From Octopus sinensis (taxonomy: Eukaryota), in contig NC_043004.1 of the NCBI RefSeq assembly GCF_006345805.1, positions 53,940,001 to 54,004,000 of the forward strand: a stretch of DNA of 64,000 nucleotides, in the 5' to 3' direction. Position numbers and translations under genes: made by a program. Shown piece after piece: positions 28,558 through 39,345 of this stretch. The first letter of the stretch is position 1. Each line of letters begins with the position of its first letter. Below the pieces are notes generated by a model. It saw only the letters and a program-made list of their open reading frames with translations, had not been told where the DNA came from and ran no database searches.

Positions 28558-28794
28558 ATACACCCACATGCATACATATACATAACTGTGTGCGTGAGTG
28601 TGTTCGGGTACCACATTTCATTAAATTAATTTATTACTTTTTTTTCCGTTTAGTTGGAGCTGACTTTAGGGTATGGATTTCCAGGTGTCACGCAATTTAT
28701 TTCCCGTAGCTGTCAGATTTCTCAATCCGATACCACAGTCGGATGTATGGGCTCGAAAATTTAATTATCGATGTGTAAATATATACATATATAC

Positions 28795-28930
<136 letters not shown>

Positions 28931-28994
28931 TATATATATGTATATATATATAATATATATATATATATAGTATACATATATATATATACATATA

Positions 28995-29103
<109 letters not shown>

Positions 29104-29947
29104 TATAATATATATACAGATAGATAAAAATATAATATATATATACGTATGTGTGTGTGTGTGTGTGTGGATATGGATATATGTATGGCTGTGCTTAAAG
29201 TTGAAAAAATAAACAGAGTTGAAAATACATAATATTCAAATGTAATTAAATGATTCTTTCCAGATATCTTTTCATTGGTTGCCAATTTTTTCTCGCTCAA
29301 TGATTAATTGTTATCATTTTTACATTTTCTTTATGATGAACTTTCACCTTACCTTCAACATAGTGTTATGCGAACATTTATTAATGTACAAAAAACTACA
29401 AAAGAAAAAAAAAATTGTGAGCTGTCCGAGACATTGTGTTATTTTTGTTATGTTATATTAGTAAGAGTTGAGTGTTTGACGTCTGTAGCGATTTGGTGAT
29501 TGTAGTGTTGATGTTGGTAGTGATTTTAATGACTACTACAGTTATAGTTATGATTGTTTGTGGTGATGATGGTGCCGAAAGTGATAAACGTTTGCAAGGT
29601 TCTTTCATTTTGATGCCGCATTAAATAACACAGTCTACGGTGTACATGAGTGTCTCAAAATTGTATAGACATTATACCGTATGAAAACATGTTTTATGTG
29701 ATATGCTTTACAATAAAACAGGATAAAACATGAGTTGAGGTGATATTAGTAATGGTAGTGCTAGTAGTGTTGGTTGTGGGTAGACTTTCTGTGTCAATAG
29801 TAAGTCGATCCGACCACATTGTACAAGTAGTTGCAGAGGTTGTAGCCATTTAGATAACTTGAAAAATATAAAGGCATTTTTGAAAAATGTTAGCATTATA
29901 TAATAAGGGTGAAGAATTATCAGAATTGTGAACGAAAATGCTTTGCA

Positions 29948-30067
29948 TTCTCAACTCGAATTCTACAACTGTCAGCATTGGCATTTGCATCTCCGGGGTG
30001 AATAAAATACAATGTCAACCAAGTATTGCGGTCGAGGACATTCAATAACAAACTCCCCTCACCAATG
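29948..30067 (+). repeat. Unclassified direct repeat, copy 2
   Basis: See 24069-24179. Confidence 0.85.
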
Positions 30068-30724
30068 ATGGCTTTATTCCTAAACCAGGGACTATCCAAT
30101 ATTGTGTATATTTTCTGATGTACAATGTACATGTTGGAACTTATGTTAAAACTTTTAAGTTCACTGAAGTTAGACGTATTATTTTTAAGGCTTTCCCACT
30201 GAATTAAGTTACATACAGGCTACAGGAGTGGGTGGTACAGTATTCTATAATCTGACGAGTATTCTGGGATCGTGAACTGTGTTCATTTGAAAAATAAGCC
30301 TATTTATCAAGAAGAATTCATTCAGAAACAAGGACAATTACAATGGAATAGCACCGGAGATATCTTGCCTTCACATGCCCGGCTGGATAGCGCAGCGAAA
30401 TCTGCCTGAAGTTAAATTCTAAAGCCTGGGAAAGCGGGAAAACACTAGATTATGTATTACAAGCCAAGTCTGAAATAACAGGATCATCACACATTGTTCG
30501 TCTTTTCCTTTTTTTAACTTCGAAATCTAGTCAGCAAAATCATCATATGCGAGATGCGAGCGCATGTGCACATAAATTCATTTGTGTGCGTCTGTGTGTG
30601 TGTGTGTGTGCGTGCGTGCGTGCGGGTGTCTGTGTCTGTGTCTGTGTTTGTGTGTGTGTGTGTTCATGCGCAAATATTTGTCTCTCCTACACAAACAAAC
30701 TCACATACACAGAGAGGTACATAT

Positions 30725-31044
30725 ATATATATTAGAAGAAATGAGGTAATCAGAAGATCGGATGGTTCATATTTATAGATATTTATTTATATATTACATT
30801 TTTTACATATATATATCATATCATTCAGATCATATCATTCAGATCATATCATTCAGATTATTAGCGCTTTCTCCCATTCCAGTGGGGTTTTCAAACCCCA
30901 CTGGAATGGGAGAAAGCGCTAATAATCCGAATGATATGATCTGAATGATATGATATATATATGTAGAAAATGTAATATATAAATAAATATCTATAAATAT
31001 GAACCATCCGATCTTCTGATTACCTCATTTCTTCCAATATATAA
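30725..31044. repeat. Fold-back palindrome 1 (arms about 150-165 bp, 2-nt loop at 30891-30892)
   Basis: Arms are reverse complements apart from three substitutions and one extra 14-bp unit (TCATATCATTCAGA, three copies versus two). Confidence 0.95.
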
Positions 31045-31081
31045 TACCTGTACATCATCTCCAAACCTTCCAATATATATA

Positions 31082-31133
<52 letters not shown>

Positions 31134-31299
31134 CACGTATGTATACGTGTTTGCGTTTATCTATGCACATAGGAATTTATTAATATGAATGCATGTAGAT
31201 ACACTCGATTATAGAGATATAGGCACACACACTCATATATATATATGTACGTAAACATATATATATATAATGTATGTATGTATATATATATATATATAA

Positions 31300-31336
<37 letters not shown>

Positions 31337-31372
31337 GCACATATATACATATGTATATATGTACGTATATAC

Positions 31373-31428
<56 letters not shown>

Positions 31429-31433
<5 letters not shown>

Positions 31434-31885
31434 TAAATTAGAGATAAAACCACTATTAGGCAATCAAACAATGAAAAACTTAAGCCAATACATAAAATTA
31501 ATTAATTTATATTATTGTAAATATATATCAAAAGTATTAAAAGTTTAATAAAAGGTAATGAGTAAAACACTACGATCGTTTCATGGCTGTCCAATTCGTA
31601 ATAATTCGAGTTATGGTTACAGTCAATCTTCAGGTAATTGAAATATTTATCTTAGCGAGGTTCGCTAAGATAAATATTTCAATTACCTGAAGATTGACTG
31701 TAACCATAACTCGAATTATTACGAATTGGACAGCCATGAAACGATCGTAGTGTTATTATCTTTTATTAAACTTTTAATACTTTTGATATATATTTAAAAT
31801 AATATAAATTAATTAATTTTATGTATTGGCTTAATTTTTCATTGTTTGATTTGCCTAATAGTGGTTTTATCTCTAATTTAATATA
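31429..31885. repeat. Fold-back palindrome 2 (perfect 93-bp inner arms, loop GGT at 31659-31661) formed by a Penelope-like terminal repeat
   Basis: 31566-31658 is the exact reverse complement of 31662-31754; outer arms carry a few differences; the right arm continues to about 31965 as sequence homologous to 37655-37890. Confidence 0.95.
31680..31755 (+). ncRNA. Candidate minimal type I hammerhead ribozyme (mirrored on the minus strand at about 31565-31640)
   Basis: CTGAAGA (31687-31693), stem II TGACTGT/ACAGCCA, GAAA (31738-31741), palindromic stem III ACGATCGT, GTA cleavage triplet ending 31749; stem I is weak (C-G, A-U, U-G). Confidence 0.6.
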
Positions 31886-32399
31886 ATATAATATTTTACT
31901 ATAAAATTGGATTTAATCCTAAATCTGATTTTTCCCTGTAAGTTTGGATTTATTCCCTAATATTTTATTATATATATATATACATATAATATCAAATAAT
32001 TGAAAAAAGGATGAGAAGTTATTTCATGAGATTACCTTATAGCTGTTGTTTCTGCTACAAGAGGCAATGCGCTCATAGTTGAGTGTTTGCGTAAACCCCA
32101 AATAGCTTGATCAGAGCTTCAAATATAAAAGTGCATTTTGAAGTCTTGTTTGAAGTTCCGATGAAGCTATTAAGTGATACACTAGCATTAATGTATATAT
32201 GGATTGTGTCTTATAGCACAAACAACTTTAAGGTACTGAATTTCATAACATGATTTTTTTATTATCTCGTCATTTATTTAATTTCATATTACTGATGCTT
32301 TAGTCCGTATCTTATGTATATTGAATTCCAACTCCAGGTTATTAGAATCGCTATGCCAATGTGAATTAATAATAAAAATAAAATTAATAATGATGGTGA

Positions 32400-32467
32400 T
32401 GATGATGATGTTGATAATGATGGTGATTATTATTATTATTATTACTATTATTATTATTACTATTATT

Positions 32468-32520
<53 letters not shown>

Positions 32521-32892
32521 TATTATTATTATTATTATCATTGTTTCCTTCTTTCTTCAAATTTTCTTCCATTTCTCGCCGAGCGTTTTCCGTACATCTA
32601 GGGCAGAGAAGCTCATTGTATGCAGCATTCCTGGATTACACACGCAAATTCACAGGTATTTTTATGTACTTAAAAACATTAATAAATAAATGAATGGATG
32701 TTATTTTCACAGTGATAATGCTCTTCTCAGTACATGAGTCGTTCCAGTTAACATGAGTTTTTGCACTTTCTGTAGGGATGGTACTGTAGTCGCCTTGAGA
32801 TGCCACATTGATTCAATTTCTCTTAGCAAGTCTTTATATTCACTGGTCTTGTCAAATTCTTTCGCAGCTATATTGTGACCGCAATAGCACAC
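32400..32892 (-). mobile_element. Dong/R4-like LINE 3' end with 3' UTR and (AAT/GAT)n tail
   Basis: KEFDKTSEYKDLLREIESMWHLKATTVP...VQKLMLTGTTHVLRRALSL* resembles the RLE-domain C-terminus; about 165-bp UTR, then a trinucleotide tract at 32400-32540. Confidence 0.75.
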
Positions 32893-32909
32893 ATTTGCTT
32901 CTTAGTTGT

Positions 32910-33667
32910 TTAACATTAACGAGTTGAGCATGTCCCTTACTGGCTGACAATATGTGCATGTCTGATCACGAACAGAAGATGTGGGGGGCATCATAGCCAT
33001 ATGTTGGGAGGAATTCTTTGTGGATTGAAGAATTCGCCTTTAGAAACATGGGTGTTTCGTACAATATCGTCAAGCAACCCTTATTCAGGAGACTTTTGAG
33101 CAGAACAGGCTACTCGACCATAAGAAAATTCTAACAGGGCCCCACCTGCAAGGTCATGCGTTGTTTATCTTGATATGAGATCACCATGTTGCACACATAT
33201 GGTTGTGATGCATGTGTCTGGTGTACCCTTATCAGGAGTGTGGTTATGATGGTTACACTGGGATTCGTAAAGGCGCATGGCTCAGTGGATAGAGTGTCGA
33301 GCTTACGATCGCGATGTTGTGAGTTCGAATCCCGGACAGGCCTGCGTGTTGTGTTCTTGAGCAAGACACTTTATTTCACGTTGCTCCAGTTCACTCAACT
33401 GTAGGAATGAGTTGTGACCTCACAGGTGCCAAGCTGTATCGGCTGTTGTCTTTCACTTGGATAACACTGCTGGCGTTTAGGGGAGACCTGTATTCATGGG
33501 CGACTGTTGGTTTTCCATAAACAGCCTGGCCCCGACTTCTACCTAGGAGGGTAATTTTTTAGGTGCAATCCCACGGTCAATCATGACCGAAGGGGGCCTC
33601 AGTAGCAACTGGGCTTCGTATATTATACCCGTATCACTTTGATGACATGCACTGCTCTCTCATTCAA
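32910..33667 (+). mobile_element. Interspersed repeat family E with (AAT)n tail, interrupted by SINE D
   Basis: Homologous to the reverse complement of 52982-53357; resumes after the 33270-33600 insertion. Confidence 0.75.
33270..33600 (+). mobile_element. tRNA-derived SINE D with CORE-like segment, nested in family E
   Basis: A box GGCTCAGTGG, B box GAGTTCGAATCCC, TTCTTGAGCAAGACACTT; TSD ACTGGG(A/C)TTCGTA at 33257-33269 and 33608-33620. Confidence 0.85.
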
Positions 33668-33686
33668 TGATAATAATAATAATAAT

Positions 33687-33730
<44 letters not shown>

Positions 33731-33759
33731 TAACAATAATGATGATGATGATGATGATT

Positions 33760-34490
33760 TCATTTATTTGCCACACAGTCGAAGGATGAGGAGGACAATA
33801 CAAAGACTGACATAAAGTATGGAGGTTTACATATAATGAAATGATAAAAAAAGAAAAAGAAAAAAGAAAGAAGGAAAGAAAATATAGAGAGTATACACTG
33901 ATAAAGAAGATACATTGGCATAGCATGCAAAGGTTTAGAAAAAGGAGGACGGAGAGGATGATAGAGATATGGCCATCCTTATACATGAAGGCATCTAGGG
34001 ATAACCGAAGAACCCCACTGTCAGAGATGACCCTGAAACTCCAGGAGCAAGCGCCCTGTCGAATTCTATCTCTCTGAGTCACAGGTCTACGTTTAGAGAG
34101 GTACTATCCACTCTTACCATTTTCGCAACTTTCACCCACTTTTCAATGAACTCACTCGAGGGCAGCACTTGCCTGTCCATTGTCAATATCCTTTTCATTT
34201 GAAGAAATCAATTAGAGCTCTACCAAAGAGGAATGTATCTGTCCTCATGCCTCTCTGCCTTGTCCATCTAACAACCTCTTTCGCCAGAGTCACGAGGCAA
34301 AGGTGAACTTCCTTGCTTACCCGATTGAAAAAGAGGGCGGCGGTGCGATCATCCCTACGGACTCGACCGACAGACGGATCCGTCCCACACGTAACAGCAG
34401 CTGTTCGGCATAACCTCACAAGTCAGCAATGCCCGGACACTGAACGCACCTCGGACAATCGCGTCTGACATCACATCTGTGCCTCTAGAA
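33760..34490 (-). mobile_element. L1/Tx1-like LINE 3' end with UTR, AATAAA and trinucleotide tail
   Basis: VQCPGIADL..AEQLLLRVGRIRLS...LCLVTLAKEVVRWTRQRGMRTDTFLFGRALIDFFK...SSEFIEKW; stop near 34080; AATAAA just before the (CAT/ATT)n tail. Confidence 0.7.
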
Positions 34491-34522
34491 TATATTTTGA
34501 ACCGGTATCGCCCCTAGTAGCA

Positions 34523-34566
<44 letters not shown>

Positions 34567-34589
34567 GGTATGTATATATATATGTATGC

Positions 34590-34812
34590 ATATCACGTGA
34601 TCACGTGACCGACCAGTCCATCAGATGTAGTTACACATCGCTGGTCACTATGCGTTCGCCACTATGCGAATGACGCCACCCCGCTGGCTAAGCGAGCAGG
34701 CCAACAGAAGAAAGAGTGGTGAAAGTGTACACCAAGGATCACCACCCCCTGCCGGTGCCTCGCGGAGCTTTTAGGTGTTTTCGCTCAATAACCACTGGGC
34801 CATTGCGCCTCC
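34590..34812 (-). mobile_element. SINE head C with tail 3, B box deleted
   Basis: GGAGGCGCAATGGCCCAGTGGTT joined directly to ATTGAGCGAAAACACCTAAAAGCTCC; distinct tail ending in the palindrome TCACGTGATCACGTGA. Confidence 0.75.
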
Positions 34813-34821
34813 ACATGTATG

Positions 34822-34946
<125 letters not shown>

Positions 34947-36714
34947 CACACAAGTTATGCTCTTTTATGTTACGTAGATATTCTCGCCTTTTTAAGGCAC
35001 AAATTTAGTTTTATCTATCTCCGTATTGTGGACCCAATACCGCATTATTCAGGCAACCTGTTCTGTGTAAGAGGGTAAGATACAATATTAGTATGATTTT
35101 ACTGCAATTTCTAGCAGTTTAAACCATTGAATACATCCTGCTATTTGAATCGTATATTAGAGACCATAAATTTAAATAAGTAATGAGATTGCCCAGTTAT
35201 AATAATCAAAATAAGAACAAGCAATATCTCTTCCGACTAACACAGTCACACACATGTTAGCCTTATAAAGAATTTCCCAAATTAATCAATGAAAAACATC
35301 GAAATTCTAACTGTAATATCTGATCATGTTCCTAGAAACTTCATGACATGGTATCAAATATAACGAGCCTGACACAAATGTCCTGAAAATATATAACAAC
35401 AGCAAAAAGTATATTTACCAAAGTTTCCATATAATCATAGTTCATTTAATATTGGGCCCAAAATTCTGCGAGAAAAGTTGATTATTTTCTTGAATTATTT
35501 TATCAATGCTTATTTCTCTCGCTTTTTAAGTTGCTAAATATAAACCGCAACATTTTCCTGGTCACTAGTTCTGCAGGAAATAATAGTTGCTAACTCTTCA
35601 AGCGGCTTAAGGAGAGGATACATTATATAATGTAGTACGTCATGGCATTGAAAAGACGGAACGATTACGGATGGAATACTTTTCATCATCGATTTTCATT
35701 ATATGATTTCAGTCGAGGTTAACTAACAGAAACAGCAGCAACACGCTTATATATATTCTTGTCGTGGTAATATTTATTTTGAGCGAAAGATATGGATGAT
35801 TTTAGAGCAGCTATGTAGAAATAGATACGTAAATAAATTATGATATCTTGTCTTAGCAAACGGAAATAAGCAGTAGAGAGGAAAGTGTTCAATCGGTTGA
35901 TTTATCAAACCCAAATAGATGAGAAGAAAATTGGACGCCGTCAGGGTGATAAATCTGAAGAAGCTTCTATTGACTGTAAAGATTTTAGTCAGACTATTTA
36001 ACTGTTTGTTTTGTTATTTTTTTCTGACAGATCCCCGCCTTATAAACAAACGAGCACAAACAAACACAAACAGACCCACACAAACGTGATCATTCGACCA
36101 TCGAATTTGACGATGTCATCACAACAGCCAGGAACAAATATCATAATTAAATTAATAAATAAAATCCCTGATTTATGAAGAAACAGACTTACAGACGAAT
36201 AGACGAACACACATATGATAGTCTAACCGTCAAATTTAGCTATGACCTTGAACAGATAGAAAAAGTTTATAAATAGATAAAATTGCATAATGAATTGAAG
36301 AAGGAAAAAATTAAATCAAGAAACGAGGAAGATGTCTCACGTTTTAATGAAATCGACATCATCTTCTCTAGCATTTTCCCCTCAAGAGAAAGAGCAGCGA
36401 AGTTCTAAAGAAGATTGTTCAGTTTTCTTGAGCACAAATATCGAAACCTATCTCGAATTGAACTTGACGACGAAACTCCAGGGCCACATACCATTCATGT
36501 TTGTTCTAACAGCCCATAGCTACAAAGGCTACTATTACTTACTGTCATTGAAATTCCTCATCAATCCAACACCGTATAAATTCATTAAATGCGAGAAAAG
36601 CTAACAAAAATGGCAGGAAGAGAAGATAAATAGGCAGATGTTTGATAAAGGTCAGACAATTTTAAATGAAAGTGAGAAGCTCTAACATCAGATCCATGCT
36701 CACACAATACTGAT

Positions 36715-36930
36715 TTCACAGTTTTGCACACGGCTAGCGATTTCAAGGTAGGATATGAAACGAGTGCATCGATTTCAGTGTTTAACTGGTAATTATTTTT
36801 TCGACCCCAAAAAGGATGAAAGGCAAAATAAAATCAATCTCAGCAGAATTTGAACTCAGAAACTCAGAACCGAAAGTCGGACGTAATGCCGCTAAGCATT
36901 TTGCCCGGCGTACACTGCCAGCTCACCGCC
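36715..36930 (-). mobile_element. SINE family A (type 2), diverged
   Basis: Reverse complement of GGCGGTGAGCTGGCAG...GAGTTCAAATTC...GGGGTCGA. Confidence 0.8.
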
Positions 36931-37019
36931 TATTCTGCCTGTTCGCTTCCAGTGGTAACATAACATTAGTTACTGTAAAAATGCCTCATCTGCACATTTC
37001 AGAGTAACATCCAAATCTA

Positions 37020-37200
37020 AGTCCACCCGGATCATAAAACATTATCGCTGGCGCTTACGTTGCACCTGGCTTCTAGCCTAGCAGGATGGAATGTTGCCAC
37101 CGGCACCAGAAGTCTCCATAGACTTGCTGTCTCCTAAGATGAAGCCGTGGCCAGGAAAACTAGTTATGAACTACTTCCATGAACTACTTGAATGAATTGC
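37020..37200 (+). mobile_element. Possible RTE-type LINE remnant
   Basis: GC-richer island with fragmentary RWRLR and RG(R)...TSY-like peptides; weak. Confidence 0.3.
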
Positions 37201-37318
37201 GAAGATATCAACGGTTAAGATTTGCGGGGGTTGCCCATTTCCAACGACCCAACTATGCAATAAGTTGTACAGGAATATTGTATGTTACAAATAGAACTCA
37301 CAAACGACCTGATATTAC

Positions 37319-37355
<37 letters not shown>

Positions 37356-37460
37356 TAGATAGATAGATAGATAGATGCAGGTAATATTAATCTATGTATC
37401 TGTGCGTATAAGAATCAAATGTATACGCGCGCGCAAACAGACACACACATATATATACAT

Positions 37461-37527
<67 letters not shown>

Positions 37528-37551
37528 CATATATATATCATATATATATAC

Positions 37552-37600
<49 letters not shown>

Positions 37601-37603
37601 CAC

Positions 37604-37649
<46 letters not shown>

Positions 37650-37654
37650 ATAAA

Positions 37655-38230
37655 TATTAGGGAATAAATCCAAATTTACAAGGAAAAATCAGATTTAAGA
37701 TTGAATCCAATTTTATAATAAAATATTATATTATAATAAATTAGAGACAAAACCACTATTATGCAAATCAAACAAAGAAAGACTTAAGCCAATACATAAA
37801 ATATAAAATAATTTATATAAATTAAAATTTAACAAATGAATAACCACTACGATCGATCCGTGTCAGCACATCTTAGACATTCTTCAGGTGGTTTCTAAAC
37901 CTAAAATATAAAATATAATCAATATTTTACCTATATAATCTAAATAAACTCTATTATTAAATATGATTATATCGAAATCGACTATAATGTTAAATATTAA
38001 CTTTAATTTATAAGGTAGAAAAACCATATGCTAATATCCATTTTAGTCTATATCTACTTATATAGATATTTGAAATAACTAATATATATAAATTATCAAT
38101 GAAAAAATATAAAAATATTATAATCAAGATCTAAAATAGACTCTATAAACGATTGTATATAATGAAAACCTAATATATTTAAATTGTCATATTTAAAGAT
38201 GAAATAGCTAATTTCAAAAAACAATAAATA
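37655..38230 (-). mobile_element. Penelope-like terminal repeat plus upstream remnant, ending in (TA)n
   Basis: 37655-37890 is homologous to the right arm of palindrome 2; the upstream minus reading contains NILGFHYIQSFIESIL, similar to the PLE endonuclease C-terminus. Confidence 0.65.
37842..37893 (-). ncRNA. Mutated hammerhead ribozyme motif, predicted inactive
   Basis: AACCAC-CTGAAGA-a-TGTC(11 nt)GACA-c-GGAT-CGATCG-TA-GTGGTT: perfect 6-bp stem I, 4-bp stem II, but GAAA is mutated to GGAT. Confidence 0.6.
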
Positions 38231-38289
38231 TATATATACACACAAGCTCATGCACCTATATACATGTATGTATATAAACACATCCAAAT

Positions 38290-38800
38290 ACGCACACAAA
38301 CTCACACACACACATATACATCTACACACACACATAAACATATAGACACATATATATCCATAATGCAGCCCTACACCTCTACACATCACCTATTCATACT
38401 CACACACACACACATACAATCACACATTTATAAACATATACTCTCAACAGGACACTAACACAGAGGAGAAATAACATCCAGTATCCGCAGATACTCAACC
38501 ACATACTAATAGAAATATTTCATTCTTAGTAAAATGGTATTAAATACTATATACTATATAAATGTAATAAACATATATAAATACGTAAACAAACACACAC
38601 ACATAACTATACATACACAAACACATACAGACACGGACATTCAGCCATATACCTCTACGCATCAATTATGCACACCCGCACACACACACATACAATCTCT
38701 CATACATAAACGTATGTACACTGCACTACACTAACACATAGAAGAAATAACATCAATAGCCACATATACACAACCACAAACTAAGAATATGCCGACGACC
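38290..38800 (+). repeat. Old diverged tandem duplication of a CA-rich unit (about 270-300 bp)
   Basis: CAGCC.TA.ACCTCTAC.CATCA...CACACACATACAATC...ACACTAACACA.AG.AGAAATAACATC...C.CAACCACA.ACTAA occurs twice. Confidence 0.75.
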
Positions 38801-39265
38801 GCTTTGTTCAAAGCCTCCCTGGACCTCAAGTGGCCTGAACTCTTTACATGAACACCACCCTGTACTTAACTCCATGTCCCCCTACATGGCCTTGCTATTT
38901 GCTTTTGAGCCAAATTAACTAACTAACTAACTAACTTACTCAGTAATATAGTATTAAAATACTATAAGTACTAATCCGATTATAAATGGGAATTATCTAA
39001 TATAAATTATGCTATTATATTAGACATGGCCTAAACCATCTTCATACGAAACCTATCTATTTATCAAAAATTTTATCTAAATTATTTAATAACTAATAAC
39101 AAATAATATTACGATAAATAGATCATTACATAAACAGCAAGATTGACATAAGGAGAATATTATTACTCATAAGGCTAATACAATATTAACAATTTGGAGA
39201 TCAGAAAAAAACTTACCTTCTTAGCGAGTTATAAACTATGAAGTAATTTGAATCATAATATATAT

Positions 39266-39345
<80 letters not shown>

